Assembly: GCA_963848135.1 (NCBI GenBank)
Contig: CAWKCK010000017.1
Coordinates: 1,024,538 to 1,088,537 of the forward strand
Direction: 5' to 3'
Origin: an uncultured delta proteobacterium
GTDB lineage: Bacteria; Desulfobacterota; Desulfobacteria; Desulfobacterales; SG8-13
Length of the DNA: 64,000 nucleotides
In this document: positions 21,006-31,180 of the stretch, piece after piece
Position numbering within the stretch: the stretch's first letter is position 1
Layout: the number at the start of each line of letters is the position of its first letter
Program-made: the position numbers and the translations under genes
The notes under the pieces: generated by a model
The model's database searches: none
The model's input: only the letters and a program-made list of their open reading frames with translations
What the model was told of the DNA's origin: nothing

Positions 21006-21893
21006 TTAGAGATACCTCCCAAAGATGGGGATCAAGGCCGCAGCGGTACCCGCAATGATCGAGACCGGAAAAAACCGCGCACTTATGGGGATCATCGGCA
21101 GGTACATGGCACCCATTGACAATGCTGACACGGATAAAGCCAGCGCGGCAACCGGTCCGCCATCGGTTAAATAATAAACTGCCGCTGCGCAACAAAACGC
21201 AAGCACGTGGGAAATGCCGGCGATCCACAGGGCATCGGTGGCTCCGAACCGGGCCGGCAGGCTGTGAACACCGGTCTTCCGATCACTGTCAAGATCCATC
21301 AGGGCGTAAATAATGTCCGATCCACTGAGCCACCAGAAAACAAACAGGGCGAAAATGACAGCTTCTGGAGTGAAATTCGGGTGTCCGGCAGCCGCAACGA
21401 AAGCCCCCAAGGGCGCCATGGCCAGGCAAAGGCCGATTCCAAAGTGGCAAAACGCCGTAAAGCGCTTCAGCAGGGAATATCCCAATAGGGGGATCAGGGG
21501 CAGTGGCGACAGCACGAGGCACCAGCCGCCCAAAGCGGCACAGGCCGCCAGGTAAACCGCCAGCCCGGTAAAAGCGACAATTAAAGCCGTTGAAACCGTC
21601 AGGCGACCGTCGGGAAGTTCACGACCGGCAGTCCTGGGATTCAATGCATCGATCTTACGGTCAAAAATCCGGTTGAACGACATGCCAAAAATTCTGGCGC
21701 CAACGGCTGCCAGAAGTATCAGAAGCAACACCACCAGAGGGGGTGTCTGCCCCCGGGTGCCGATCCATGCCCCGGCAAAAACCAACGGTAGGCTGAAGGC
21801 CGTATGTTCGATTTTGGTAAACCGCAGGATATTCCGGGCAAGATTTGATGACGACGTCTCCATGCCGAGGGCGTCTGCGTCAGGATGTGGCAT
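21006..21893 (-). CDS. mqnP: UbiA-family prenyltransferase (MqnP-like)
   Basis: KIEHTAFSLP, NRIFDRKIDALNPRT, YSLLKRFT, DIIYALMD. Confidence 0.87.
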   Translation of the reverse strand: MPHPDADALGMETSSSNLARNILRFTKIEHTAFSLPLVFAGAWIGTRGQTPPLVVLLLILLAAVGARIFGMSFNRIFDRKIDALNPRTAGRELPDGRLTVSTALIVAFTGLAVYLAACAALGGWCLVLSPLPLIPLLGYSLLKRFTAFCHFGIGLCLAMAPLGAFVAAAGHPNFTPEAVIFALFVFWWLSGSDIIYALMDLDSDRKTGVHSLPARFGATDALWIAGISHVLAFCCAAAVYYLTDGGPVAALALSVSALSMGAMYLPMIPISARFFPVSIIAGTAAALIPIFGRYL

Positions 21894-22503
21894 AGCGCGA
21901 TATCCCGTTGTTCAAATGCTCGGCGACAGCCTGGCTGACCATCGCCAAATTCTGATGAAGAGTGGTCCTCTCACCGTGGTCGGCCGTGTCGGTAATCCCT
22001 TTGATCATGTCCCAGGGTATACCGTAGAGTCGTGCGACCCGGGCCACAACCGCTCCCTCCATGTCCACCAGTTCACCCCAGGCCGCCAGTCGTCGGCGTT
22101 CGGCGGGGTCGAAAACCGGCTGTTCAACCGTTACCAGGCGAGCTGCCGGCAAATCCTGCCACAATTCGCCGGTACAGGGGATGGCATCCGCAGGGACACC
22201 GGGACCTGGCAGTTCTTCCAACACCGAAGAAATACGGCGAATATTTCCGGGTTCCAGGCCGATGTTGTCGACCAAGGTTCCGCAGACCCCCGCGTTCAGA
22301 ATGCGGTCGCAATTATGTTCGCGGATCAACATCTGAGCCGCCAGTGCAGCCGACACTTTTCCCATTCCGCTGATAGTGATCAGAACGGGTGGTGTTCTGA
22401 GTTCATAGAGCGCAAACGGCTGGGCAGGAATCTCCTTTGCACCGGAGAGCACCAAATAGGGGCGGGCTTCCTGGATCGTGGCATAGAGAATCCCGATCGT
22501 CAT
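21880..22503 (-). CDS. MTA/SAH nucleosidase-like (amino)futalosine hydrolase
   Basis: SGMGKVSAA, NAGVCG, VDMEGA, KGITD; ATGA overlap with mqnD. Confidence 0.82.
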   Translation of the reverse strand: MTIGILYATIQEARPYLVLSGAKEIPAQPFALYELRTPPVLITISGMGKVSAALAAQMLIREHNCDRILNAGVCGTLVDNIGLEPGNIRRISSVLEELPGPGVPADAIPCTGELWQDLPAARLVTVEQPVFDPAERRRLAAWGELVDMEGAVVARVARLYGIPWDMIKGITDTADHGERTTLHQNLAMVSQAVAEHLNNGISRYATS

Positions 22504-23312
22504 ATAATTCCAGCCTCCTGGGCGCGTAGGGTCAGCATGTCGGCTGCCGCCCTTCCGGTTTTTCCAAGATCGATGCTGAAGGGATTGACAAAAGTCTGTA
22601 TGTGCTGTCGCAAAACCTCTTCCGAGAGTTCTTGGGCATGCTGTTGGATATACGGCAAAGCGGCTGCAGGTTCTTTTTGGGCCCGACGAATGCTGCGGCG
22701 GATCAAGGTCTCCATCTTGTGGATGAGATCGTTGCCGAGTTCCTTTTTTGCAGCGATGCATCCCAGGGGAATGGGTAAGCCGGTTTCCGACTCCCACCAG
22801 GCCCCCAGATCGACTATGGATGTGAAGCCGGCCTGCGCGTATGTGAATCGGCTTTCGTGAATGATCACCCCGCAGTCAGCCCTGTCGGCTGTAATTTCGG
22901 GGAGGATTCGATCGTAGGTCGTAAACGTTCTTTTATTTGCACCCGGCGCCCACAGGCGAAAAAGCAGGTGGGCAGTGGTCCATTCCCCCGGCAACACCAC
23001 CCGGGCGTTTGCCACCTCAGTTCGCGTCAGGGGTCTTTTGGATACCAGCAGGGGTCCGCAACCATAACCCAGGGCCGCGCCGCTTGACAGCAACCGGTAT
23101 CTCTGCCGAACCTTAATCCAGGCGTGAAAGGAAAGTTTGCTGATATCGAGTTCTGCGGCCATGGCCATGCGATTGAGGGTCTCAACGTCGTGAAGTTCCG
23201 TGACAATCTTAATCCCCGGAGGCTTCAGCTCGCCGCAGGCAATTCCGAAGAACATGAAGGTGTCGTTGGGACAAGGGGAATACCCCAAACGGATGGTATC
23301 GATGGGTGCCAT
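22500..23312 (-). CDS. mqnD: 1,4-dihydroxy-6-naphthoate synthase
   Basis: GYSPCPNDTF, DVETLN, GAALGYGCGP, IIHESRFTY, LPIPLG. Confidence 0.93.
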   Translation of the reverse strand: MAPIDTIRLGYSPCPNDTFMFFGIACGELKPPGIKIVTELHDVETLNRMAMAAELDISKLSFHAWIKVRQRYRLLSSGAALGYGCGPLLVSKRPLTRTEVANARVVLPGEWTTAHLLFRLWAPGANKRTFTTYDRILPEITADRADCGVIIHESRFTYAQAGFTSIVDLGAWWESETGLPIPLGCIAAKKELGNDLIHKMETLIRRSIRRAQKEPAAALPYIQQHAQELSEEVLRQHIQTFVNPFSIDLGKTGRAAADMLTLRAQEAGII

Positions 23313-23855
23313 TCTATCAACCGGAAAAATATCCTCAATGCTTGGTATGCGCTGGCGGTGAAAACAATGAACCGTTCATAAACCATTGACGACGCATTAA
23401 TTTGGCTCATCCGACCATCGCCTTAACTACTGAAGTGAACATGTGGTCATCCGGAGGTGTTCTTTTTACGGCAGGCGGACTAGGAAATCAACCGTAAATT
23501 TAGCGCCGGGATCCACGTCCCTCCGCAATTCCCCTTTATTTCTTGGGTAGACGAACAAAGTATCCCACATTGTTGATTGTCGTAACGACCTGTAAGGTTA
23601 TGTTATTGTGTTAATTTTGTGCCCTACTGAAAAATTTTGATCATATGTGCGGGCGAAAAAGGGTGCCATTAGGACATGAGGCGTGATATACTCTTGCGCA
23701 TACAATAGCGGGAGGGGACCGGCTTGCCCCCCTCCCGTCTTTTAGTATCGGAGACGGGAATAATCGTGCCTGCAGGTCCGCGTGGCATTTTCGCGATGGC
23801 CTGGAGGACCAATGGTGACTATTTTGACATCGATCTAAAAACGAGGAGAAACGAA

Positions 23856-24410
23856 TTGAGAAGATTATCGGCCATATGGATACTCATCGGACTCGTCATC
23901 ACGATAGGTTGTGCCCACATGGGCGATCGGCCGCAAACCGGGCCCGCCCACTTCGAGGTGGACATACCTGCCGGCTGGCAGAAGCACTACACCAAAAAGT
24001 ACTTCCTGATCTATAAAGGTGATCCCTACCGGCAATACATTATGGTTCAAGAACGCCCGATAGATAAACCCTTCAAACACTCTGACAAAATTATAAATGC
24101 CGGCATGACGCCGCTGGATGCTGCCGATGTCATTGCTGCCGAACTGGATGCCGACAAGCAAATCCTTGACCTCAACGTGATGGAAAAATCGCGGGCAACC
24201 ATTAAGGGCAACGCGGGTTTCAAACTGTCTTTCTCCTATCGGCTGTCTGATGGCACCCGCTTCAGGACCCTTTATTACGGTTTTGTCAAGGACAACACTT
24301 ATTTTAGTCTACGATTCAACGTTACCGCAGACAGGGAATTCGGCCGGGATCTGAATGTGTTTCATGCCGTGGTAAACAGCTTCAGGTTTGTTGCCGAAAG
24401 TACCGGGTAA
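23856..24410 (+). CDS. Hypothetical lipoprotein (possible PsbP/Mog1-like fold)
   Basis: TTG after GAGGAG RBS; lipobox-like TIGC; FEVDIPAGW ... VVNSF. Confidence 0.7.
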   Translation: MRRLSAIWILIGLVITIGCAHMGDRPQTGPAHFEVDIPAGWQKHYTKKYFLIYKGDPYRQYIMVQERPIDKPFKHSDKIINAGMTPLDAADVIAAELDADKQILDLNVMEKSRATIKGNAGFKLSFSYRLSDGTRFRTLYYGFVKDNTYFSLRFNVTADREFGRDLNVFHAVVNSFRFVAESTG

Positions 24411-25071
24411 TGCCGTGCCAGAGACCGATAATCACCCCCTGACACAATTGACACTTGTGCGCCACGGCCGTGTCCACAACCCCCAAAAGATCTTGTATGG
24501 CCGGCTGCCCCGGTTTCACCTGAACCCGGAGGGTCTGAGGGAAGCCCAGGCCGTGGCCCAGGCCCTGAAAAGGCAACCCCTGGCCGCCGTTTTCAGCAGC
24601 CCTTTGTTGCGCGCCCGCCAGACAGCCAAGCAAATCCTCATTTTCCATACAGCTTTAAAACTTCAGGTATCGAAATTTCTGACTGAGGTGTATACCCCCT
24701 TGCAGGGTTGGGCATCGAAGAAAGTGGATGCGTTGGGAGGTGACGTTTACACGGGCTCTGCGCCGCCTTTCGAGCAGCCACAGGACATTGTCACCCGCGT
24801 ACGGAAGCTATTCGCCAGAATTCGAAAACAGTATCCTGGCCGGCAGGTCGTCGCAGTAACCCACGGAGACATCATAACCTTCATGCTCCTCTGGGCCCGA
24901 GGCATGGAACTTTCACCCCGATACAAACGCAATCTTTCTGTAACCGGTATTTCGGACCCATACCCGGCCACGGCATCCATGACGACGTTCATCTTCCGGA
25001 CCGGGTCAGACGATGAACGCCCTGAGATTACCTATACCCGTCCTGCAAAAATACGAAACGAACCGCATTGA
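24388..25071 (+). CDS. Histidine phosphatase (phosphoglycerate mutase family)
   Basis: LVRHG, SSPLLRARQTA, VTHGD; start may be GTG 24415. Confidence 0.9.
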   Translation: MLPKVPGNAVPETDNHPLTQLTLVRHGRVHNPQKILYGRLPRFHLNPEGLREAQAVAQALKRQPLAAVFSSPLLRARQTAKQILIFHTALKLQVSKFLTEVYTPLQGWASKKVDALGGDVYTGSAPPFEQPQDIVTRVRKLFARIRKQYPGRQVVAVTHGDIITFMLLWARGMELSPRYKRNLSVTGISDPYPATASMTTFIFRTGSDDERPEITYTRPAKIRNEPH

Positions 25072-25092
25072 ATTTCGGAAAATATTCGACGG

Positions 25093-25425
25093 TCAGGGGT
25101 ATCCGAGTGAGAGATAGCTGGCGCCAACGCAGTAGTGGCAGCCAATCGTATCCTTGGCCTCGCTACACCAGCGAACCTCTGCAAGGGTTATTTCGCGATG
25201 ACCCTCGCATATTTCACTGGTGCACTTTTCAAGTGCGGGGTAATGGCGTTTGATCAGGATCGTAGAACCTGGGCGCGGCGCCGACGACGACTCCAGGCAG
25301 ACCCCACCTTCACTGAAATTGAGTTGCCTTGCTTTATGGAATTGATTTTGATTGAAATAACACCAGACTACCGGAAGATCACAGGACTGCCGTTCGCAGG
25401 CTCTTTTTTCTAATTTTGCATCCAT
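25093..25425 (-). CDS. PilZ domain protein
   Basis: KRACER (RxxxR) and NFSEGG motifs; AEVRWC. Confidence 0.8.
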   Translation of the reverse strand: MDAKLEKRACERQSCDLPVVWCYFNQNQFHKARQLNFSEGGVCLESSSAPRPGSTILIKRHYPALEKCTSEICEGHREITLAEVRWCSEAKDTIGCHYCVGASYLSLGYP

Positions 25426-25612
25426 GAACCCACCCTCTAACCTTCGCATCGGATCCTGAAGGAGTCGGAGAAAGAGCGGATACAGTGGAAGACCGGTACG
25501 CGATTCCGATGCTTAAACGTGTGCGTAGCCACGACGGCAATGACTCGAGTGATTTCTTCATATTCTACATCTATGTCGGTGATGCTGTCAAATTGAATAT
25601 GTTCCCCGTGGT

Positions 25613-27139
25613 TTACAGATAATTGTGAAGCCCTTCGGGAAATGGTTCGTTGTCGTCAGCGGACAAAAAAGTGCCCCCGTCTCTACGAAGAGCGCCGCGG
25701 GTGGTTGCCAGGTTGTCGAGAAATGCCTGATCGATGTCTCCGGTTATGTATTGACCGTCAAATATGGAGCAGTCAAAATTCTTGACTACCGGATTCCCGG
25801 CCGCAGTGCAGGCAACCAAGTCATCGATTTCCTGATAAACGAGCCAGTCAGCACCGATCAGACGCTCGACATCTTTTTCGGTACGCCCGTGGGCGATCAG
25901 ATCGCCGGTTGTGGGCATATCGATGCCGTATACGTTGGGATACCGAACCGGGGGTGCCGCCGAGGCAAAGTAGACCTTCCGGGCACCGGCATCACGGGCC
26001 ATCTGAATAATCTGCCGGCTGGTTGTCCCCCGCACAATGGAATCGTCCACCAGCAGGATGGTCTTGCCTTGGAACTCCGAACGGATCGGGTTGAGTTTGC
26101 GCTTGACTGACAGGGTTCGCTGCCGTTGATCCGACATGATAAACGTGCGCCCGATATAGCGATTCTTCACGAATCCTTCGCAAAACCTGACACCGATGCG
26201 GGTCGCCAACCGTAAGGCGGAGGGCAGACTGGTATCCGGGACCGGTATCACGGCCTCTATGTCATGGTCCGGCCGCTCGCGCAATATTTTCCCGGCCAGT
26301 TTCGATCCCATACGCAGTCGCGATTGATAAACAGATATCCCTTCCAGGATCGAGTCCGGTCGTGCAAAATAGACATATTCGAAAATACAGGGAAAACGAC
26401 CGGGTTTGTCGGCACAGGTGCGGGTGGACAGCCGCCCCGCAGAATCAATACAGACGGCTTCACCTGGACCGATATCCCGAACCAATGTGAAACCGAGAAC
26501 GTCCAGCGCGGCACTCTCCGAGGCAATCATGTAATCATCGCCTTCACCCGTATCGCGTTTTCCAATACAAAGGGGACGAATACCGTTGGGATCGCGGAAG
26601 CCAACAACACCAAATCCGTTGATCATGACAGCCACAGCATAGCCACCGCGGCAGCGATGGTGCACACCGCGAACGGCAGTAAAAATATCGTCAGGTGACA
26701 GTTTCGAATTGCTGAGTTTTTGTAGTTCGTGGGCGAATACGTTGAGAAGAACCTCCGTATCACACCCGGTGTTCATGTGTCGTAGATCGGACTCGACCAG
26801 TTGCCGAGCCACCGACACCGCATTGGTCAGGTTTCCGTTGTGAGCCAGAGCAATGCCGTAGGGTGAATTGACATAAAAAGGCTGGGCCTCGGCGGAAGAA
26901 AAACCACCGGCCGTGGGGTAACGGACATGCCCAATACCCATCGTGCCGGTCAGCCGTTTCAGGTGGCGGGTTGTAAATACGTCGCGCACAAGCCCGTTGG
27001 ACTTCCGCAGGAAAAACCTGCCATCCTGACATGTGGCAATGCCAGCCGCGTCTTGACCCCGGTGCTGAAGTACCGTCAAAGCGTCAGACAGCGCCTGGTT
27101 CACGGATGTTCGGGAAACAATACCGACAACTCCGCACAT
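25613..27139 (-). CDS. purF: Amidophosphoribosyltransferase
   Basis: MCGVVG start, LQHRGQDAAG, GHVRYPTAG, VDDSIVRGTT, NVYGIDMP. Confidence 0.96.
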   Translation of the reverse strand: MCGVVGIVSRTSVNQALSDALTVLQHRGQDAAGIATCQDGRFFLRKSNGLVRDVFTTRHLKRLTGTMGIGHVRYPTAGGFSSAEAQPFYVNSPYGIALAHNGNLTNAVSVARQLVESDLRHMNTGCDTEVLLNVFAHELQKLSNSKLSPDDIFTAVRGVHHRCRGGYAVAVMINGFGVVGFRDPNGIRPLCIGKRDTGEGDDYMIASESAALDVLGFTLVRDIGPGEAVCIDSAGRLSTRTCADKPGRFPCIFEYVYFARPDSILEGISVYQSRLRMGSKLAGKILRERPDHDIEAVIPVPDTSLPSALRLATRIGVRFCEGFVKNRYIGRTFIMSDQRQRTLSVKRKLNPIRSEFQGKTILLVDDSIVRGTTSRQIIQMARDAGARKVYFASAAPPVRYPNVYGIDMPTTGDLIAHGRTEKDVERLIGADWLVYQEIDDLVACTAAGNPVVKNFDCSIFDGQYITGDIDQAFLDNLATTRGALRRDGGTFLSADDNEPFPEGLHNYL

Positions 27140-27181
27140 TTTTATTCCTTTCCCTGAGGATGCCGACCTGCAAGACCTCAA

Positions 27182-27394
27182 TAGAAGTTATCTCAAAATT
27201 AGGATTTTCGGTCGAGATCAAGGCGAGACCGAGGATCCCCGCTGTGCGGGATTTCCCATCCGATCCAACACAGCATGTGGGTCACAACCCGCAGGCTGTC
27301 TCAAGTATGTCGAGGACTTGAGACAAGGGTTCAACGCCGAAATTTATCCGCCTCTGGCAGACCGGGCGAAAAGACTTTTTTGAGATGCCGTATA
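27182..27394. mobile_element. MITE-like element, family 1, copy with two inserted palindromes
   Basis: Imperfect TIR (ATCTCAAAA / TTTTGAGAT); clearly homologous to 43650-43795. Confidence 0.75.
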
Positions 27395-27656
27395 GCATCT
27401 CGTTCGGGTGTATTGCACAAAGCAGCGTCTGTGACCGAAATAGCCTTCTCTTTGAAAACGGCCGGCCGAAATCATTCAAACCGGTCAACAGATGTTTGAC
27501 ACTGCCGTTAGCCTTGCCTATACTTTCACTATTCGTAGTGAATCAGTTTGTCGGATCGTTCAAGGCGCAGCGAAATCAACGATGGAAAGAACTTACCGGA
27601 CCCTTTGACCATATGGCAATTGAATAGAACCCCGTAGCTCCAGCCAGACGAACAGG

Positions 27657-28589
27657 ATGTGCCCCATGAAACCCAGACGGTCAATTTTATCGGTTCCTGG
27701 TCATGTTGAGAAAATGCACCAAAAGGCCCGCCTGAGCCCGGCGGATGTCATTATGCTCGATCTGGAAGACAGTGTCCCGCTGGATGCCAAAGAAACCGCC
27801 CGTGAAACGGTGGTCCGGTCCATCCTCTCACTGGATTGGCAAGATAAGATCGTGACGACCCGGATAAATGGCCTGGAAACACCATTTGGATACCTGGATC
27901 TTCTCTCTCTGGCGGAAAGAGCCGGTCAACGGCTCGATAGCGTCGTGGTCCCCAAAGTCGATCACAGTGGAGACATCCATTTTGTGGACCGCCTGTTGAA
28001 CGGCATCGAGATGAACACGAAATTCACGAACCGGATCGGTATCGAGGCCAGCATCGAATCGGCACAGGGCCTCGAGCGGGTGTCCGAAATTGCCGGTGCC
28101 AGCTCCCGCCTTGAAACGCTGGTTTTCGGTGTCGCGGACTTTTCCTCCTCCATCGGCGCCCGCCTGGTCTCTCTGTCCGGCCATGGCGAAATGGAAGAAG
28201 ATCTTTATCCGGGCCACCGCTGGAATTTCGTCATGAGTCGCTTGGTTATGGCCGCCAAAGCCCATGGCTTGATGGCGATCGATGCGCCATACGGTAACTT
28301 CAAGGATCCCGGTGGTCTGCGGCGTGCCGCCACCACGGCCTGCGCTTTGGGCTTCGACGGCAAATGGGCGATTCACCCGGATCAACTCGGCGGCATCAAC
28401 GCAGTCTTCTCCCCGACTCCCGAAGACATCGATCGCGCGCGCAGGGTTCTCGACGCTTACGCGGAAGCAAAAACTGCAGGCCGGGGGGCAGTGTCAGTCG
28501 ACGGTCGAATGATCGACCAGGCAACCGTGCGTCTGGCCCGGCAACTCTGGGAACATGCCCGCCACCTGAATCTGACAGAAAAGAAATAA
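27657..28589 (+). CDS. CitE / malyl-CoA lyase-like CoA ester lyase (HpcH/HpaI family)
   Basis: RRSILSVPG, LDLEDSV, RING, GFDGKWAIHP, GRMID. Confidence 0.9.
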   Translation: MCPMKPRRSILSVPGHVEKMHQKARLSPADVIMLDLEDSVPLDAKETARETVVRSILSLDWQDKIVTTRINGLETPFGYLDLLSLAERAGQRLDSVVVPKVDHSGDIHFVDRLLNGIEMNTKFTNRIGIEASIESAQGLERVSEIAGASSRLETLVFGVADFSSSIGARLVSLSGHGEMEEDLYPGHRWNFVMSRLVMAAKAHGLMAIDAPYGNFKDPGGLRRAATTACALGFDGKWAIHPDQLGGINAVFSPTPEDIDRARRVLDAYAEAKTAGRGAVSVDGRMIDQATVRLARQLWEHARHLNLTEKK

Positions 28590-28635
28590 AAGTCGCTGAA
28601 CAACGGAGGATCTTAGCGCTGGGAGTATTTTGCAT

Positions 28636-29334
28636 TCATGCGCGCGGGTGGCTTTCATCTCCATGCTCTTTTCGGGGTTCTATGCAGCCGGCATCATTGT
28701 TGGCCGCGCGGTTGACACGCGCGGAAACGGCGTGGAATTTGAAATCGTGCAAACCGTAGGTTTGAAGCACCTCCTGGAGCCGAGAAGTGATCTGATTTAA
28801 CGGGTCCAGCCATGTGTCCCACCCGTCAGGGTGCAAAATAACGGGCATTCGATGGTGGATTCCCCGCAATTCGGGACTCGCATCGGTCGTAAGGATCGTA
28901 CAGGAACGATGCGGTGACTGCCCCTCACTTTTTCTCCATGTTTCCCAAAGCCCGGCAAAACCGAAGGGTCCACCTGTCGACAGGGTCACAAACCACGGTT
29001 GCTTGCGACCCTTCTCACCTTTCCATTCGTAAAAGCCATCCGCAACAACCAGGCAACGCCTCTTTATGAAGGCATCCCGAAAACTCGGCTTTTCTGCCAC
29101 TGTTTCCACCCGGGCATTGACCAACCGGGCAGCAATCGAGGGGTCTTTAGCCCAAAAGGGCACCAATCCCCAGTAAAACGAAACGAGCCGGTTGCCACCG
29201 TTGCGAACCACTGCCTGCACCGGCTGTGTCGGTGCAATGTTGTAGCTGGCAGCGGTTTCGGCCTCCACACTGTCGACATTGAATGTCTTTTCGATGAGGT
29301 CGAGTGAACTGTGTTTGACGAATCTTCCGCACAC
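28636..29334 (-). CDS. SOS response-associated peptidase (SRAP/YedK)
   Basis: GTG start giving MCGRF, YNIAPTQ, WGLVP, NARVET, DGFYEW, HHRMPVIL. Confidence 0.93.
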   Translation of the reverse strand: MCGRFVKHSSLDLIEKTFNVDSVEAETAASYNIAPTQPVQAVVRNGGNRLVSFYWGLVPFWAKDPSIAARLVNARVETVAEKPSFRDAFIKRRCLVVADGFYEWKGEKGRKQPWFVTLSTGGPFGFAGLWETWRKSEGQSPHRSCTILTTDASPELRGIHHRMPVILHPDGWDTWLDPLNQITSRLQEVLQTYGLHDFKFHAVSARVNRAANNDAGCIEPRKEHGDESHPRA

Positions 29335-29496
29335 AATATGGATCCCCTGGCACACAAATCAATGGGTATAGGCGTGGGCAAGGCGCTTTCACCCGGCCTT
29401 ACCGATCAGCCGGGTGAAGGCGGCATGGCAATGCATCGCGGTGGCGTCTGTAAAGTCGGCAAGTTATAGAATTCGCGTTGGTTAACCGAATCGGCA

Positions 29497-29793
29497 TTAT
29501 TCCGAAAATCCGTAATGGTAAATTTCGTAGTCAGTTTCGCCGCCCAGAAGAATGTCGATCTCACCCTGGATTTTTTTTCGCTCATCGCTCTGCAGCCAGG
29601 ACTTCCAGTCCTCCGATGAGTGCCAGGTACTGATAACAAGAAACTCTCCCGGCGCATCCAGGCGCTTGAGCGTTTCACCGGAGATATAACCGGGCTGATT
29701 GGTCGCCATAGAACGCATTTTTCTGAAAAGGGGGATCATTTGTTTTGCTCTTTCGGCCGGGATTTTTCTTTTGATAAGGATTTTGACCGCCAT
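29497..29793 (-). CDS. Antibiotic biosynthesis monooxygenase family protein
   Basis: QPGYISGETL ... VISTW; GAGG RBS. Confidence 0.85.
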   Translation of the reverse strand: MAVKILIKRKIPAERAKQMIPLFRKMRSMATNQPGYISGETLKRLDAPGEFLVISTWHSSEDWKSWLQSDERKKIQGEIDILLGGETDYEIYHYGFSE

Positions 29794-29968
29794 AATAAAC
29801 CTCCTCGTTATTGATTAACCGGTTGAATTTGGTTATATATTTTAATACCCTGACCGCGGTCGGTCAAGAGCATGATCCCTGCAAATGGGGTGCAGCTTCC
29901 GTCGGCCAAACCGGCTTCGAACCCGGATGGTGCTGGGAATTCTATTCAAGGAAGGGTAAAAAAACCGG

Positions 29969-31180
29969 ATGAAATGCCTTTGCAGTATATACTCTGCAGC
30001 GCAAAAAACTTCCACCGGAATCTGCACATACCCTGTCGGGGTTTTGGACCAGCGGTGTATCGATTGGTTGGGCCGCATTCGGATAATCGGGCTGTTGATC
30101 TTTGTGATGACCACAACGGGTTGTGAAAGCATCCGGTATTATTCGCATGTCGCCTCTGGCCAGCTAAGTATTATCAACCATCGCCAGCCTATCAAGACAC
30201 TCATTGCCGATCCGCAAACGGATCCGGTGGTGAAACAGAAGCTGGAGCGGATTCTCGAAATCCGGGAATTTGCTGAAAAAGACCTCGCCCTTCCCGTCGA
30301 TGACAACTATCTCAGCTACGTTGATCTGCATCGTCCCTTCGTGGCATGGAACGTCGGCGCGGCCCCCGAATTCTCTCTCACACCCAAAACCTGGTACTAT
30401 CCGATTGTCGGGCATGCGTCCTACCGGGGTTATTTTTCACAGGACAGAGCGAATGCATTTGCAGAACAGCTGAAAAACGAGGGCTTCGACGTTTACGTTG
30501 GCGGGGTAACCGCCTATTCGACCCTGGGATGGTTCGCCGATCCGGTGTTCAACACGATCATCAGGGGCAGCGACGACGCAACAGCGGCCCTGATTTTTCA
30601 TGAACTGGCCCACCAGATCCTGTATGTACCGGACGACACGACGTTCAACGAGAGCTTTGCCACGACCGTCGAACAGGAGGGCCTGCGCCGCTGGATGGAA
30701 AGCAATGGCAACATGACAGGTTACCAGGTATATCTGGAACAACGCCACCGTCGCGAGGCGTTTATTGCCCTGATTACGAAATATCGGCAGAAACTGGAAG
30801 CGCTGTATCGGCTGACTCTGGAACAAAACGACATGCGTCAGCGCAAGGCGTCTGTCTTTACGTCTCTGAAAAATGAGTATGGATCTCTAAAATCTTTCTG
30901 GGGAGGATATACGGGCTATGATGCCTGGTTTGGCGAACAATTGAACAATGCGAAACTGAATTCGATCGGGGCGTATTATGACCTTGTGCCGGCCTTTAAC
31001 CGTCTTTTGGACAGCCAAGATGGCAATCTGGAAGCGTTTTACGAAAAATGCCGGTCCCTTACCGCACTGCCAGCCCCCGAGAGAAATGAGCGTCTCAGGG
31101 CCTGGCACCAACGTTCCGCCACGGCTCGGCAGGCGCAAATGCATCGACCCGCGTCCTTTATCTCGACCCGTCCCAGATAA
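29969..31180 (+). CDS. Putative zinc aminopeptidase lipoprotein (DUF2265-like); start uncertain
   Basis: AYSTLGWF, IFHELAH, FNESFA; TTGC lipobox-like. Confidence 0.88.
   Translation: MKCLCSIYSAAQKTSTGICTYPVGVLDQRCIDWLGRIRIIGLLIFVMTTTGCESIRYYSHVASGQLSIINHRQPIKTLIADPQTDPVVKQKLERILEIREFAEKDLALPVDDNYLSYVDLHRPFVAWNVGAAPEFSLTPKTWYYPIVGHASYRGYFSQDRANAFAEQLKNEGFDVYVGGVTAYSTLGWFADPVFNTIIRGSDDATAALIFHELAHQILYVPDDTTFNESFATTVEQEGLRRWMESNGNMTGYQVYLEQRHRREAFIALITKYRQKLEALYRLTLEQNDMRQRKASVFTSLKNEYGSLKSFWGGYTGYDAWFGEQLNNAKLNSIGAYYDLVPAFNRLLDSQDGNLEAFYEKCRSLTALPAPERNERLRAWHQRSATARQAQMHRPASFISTRPR

Noticed and set aside
21673..22860. 395-aa plus-strand ORF, and the 305-aa extended nucleosidase ORF
   Set aside because: Shadow of mqn genes; the nucleosidase most likely starts at 22503
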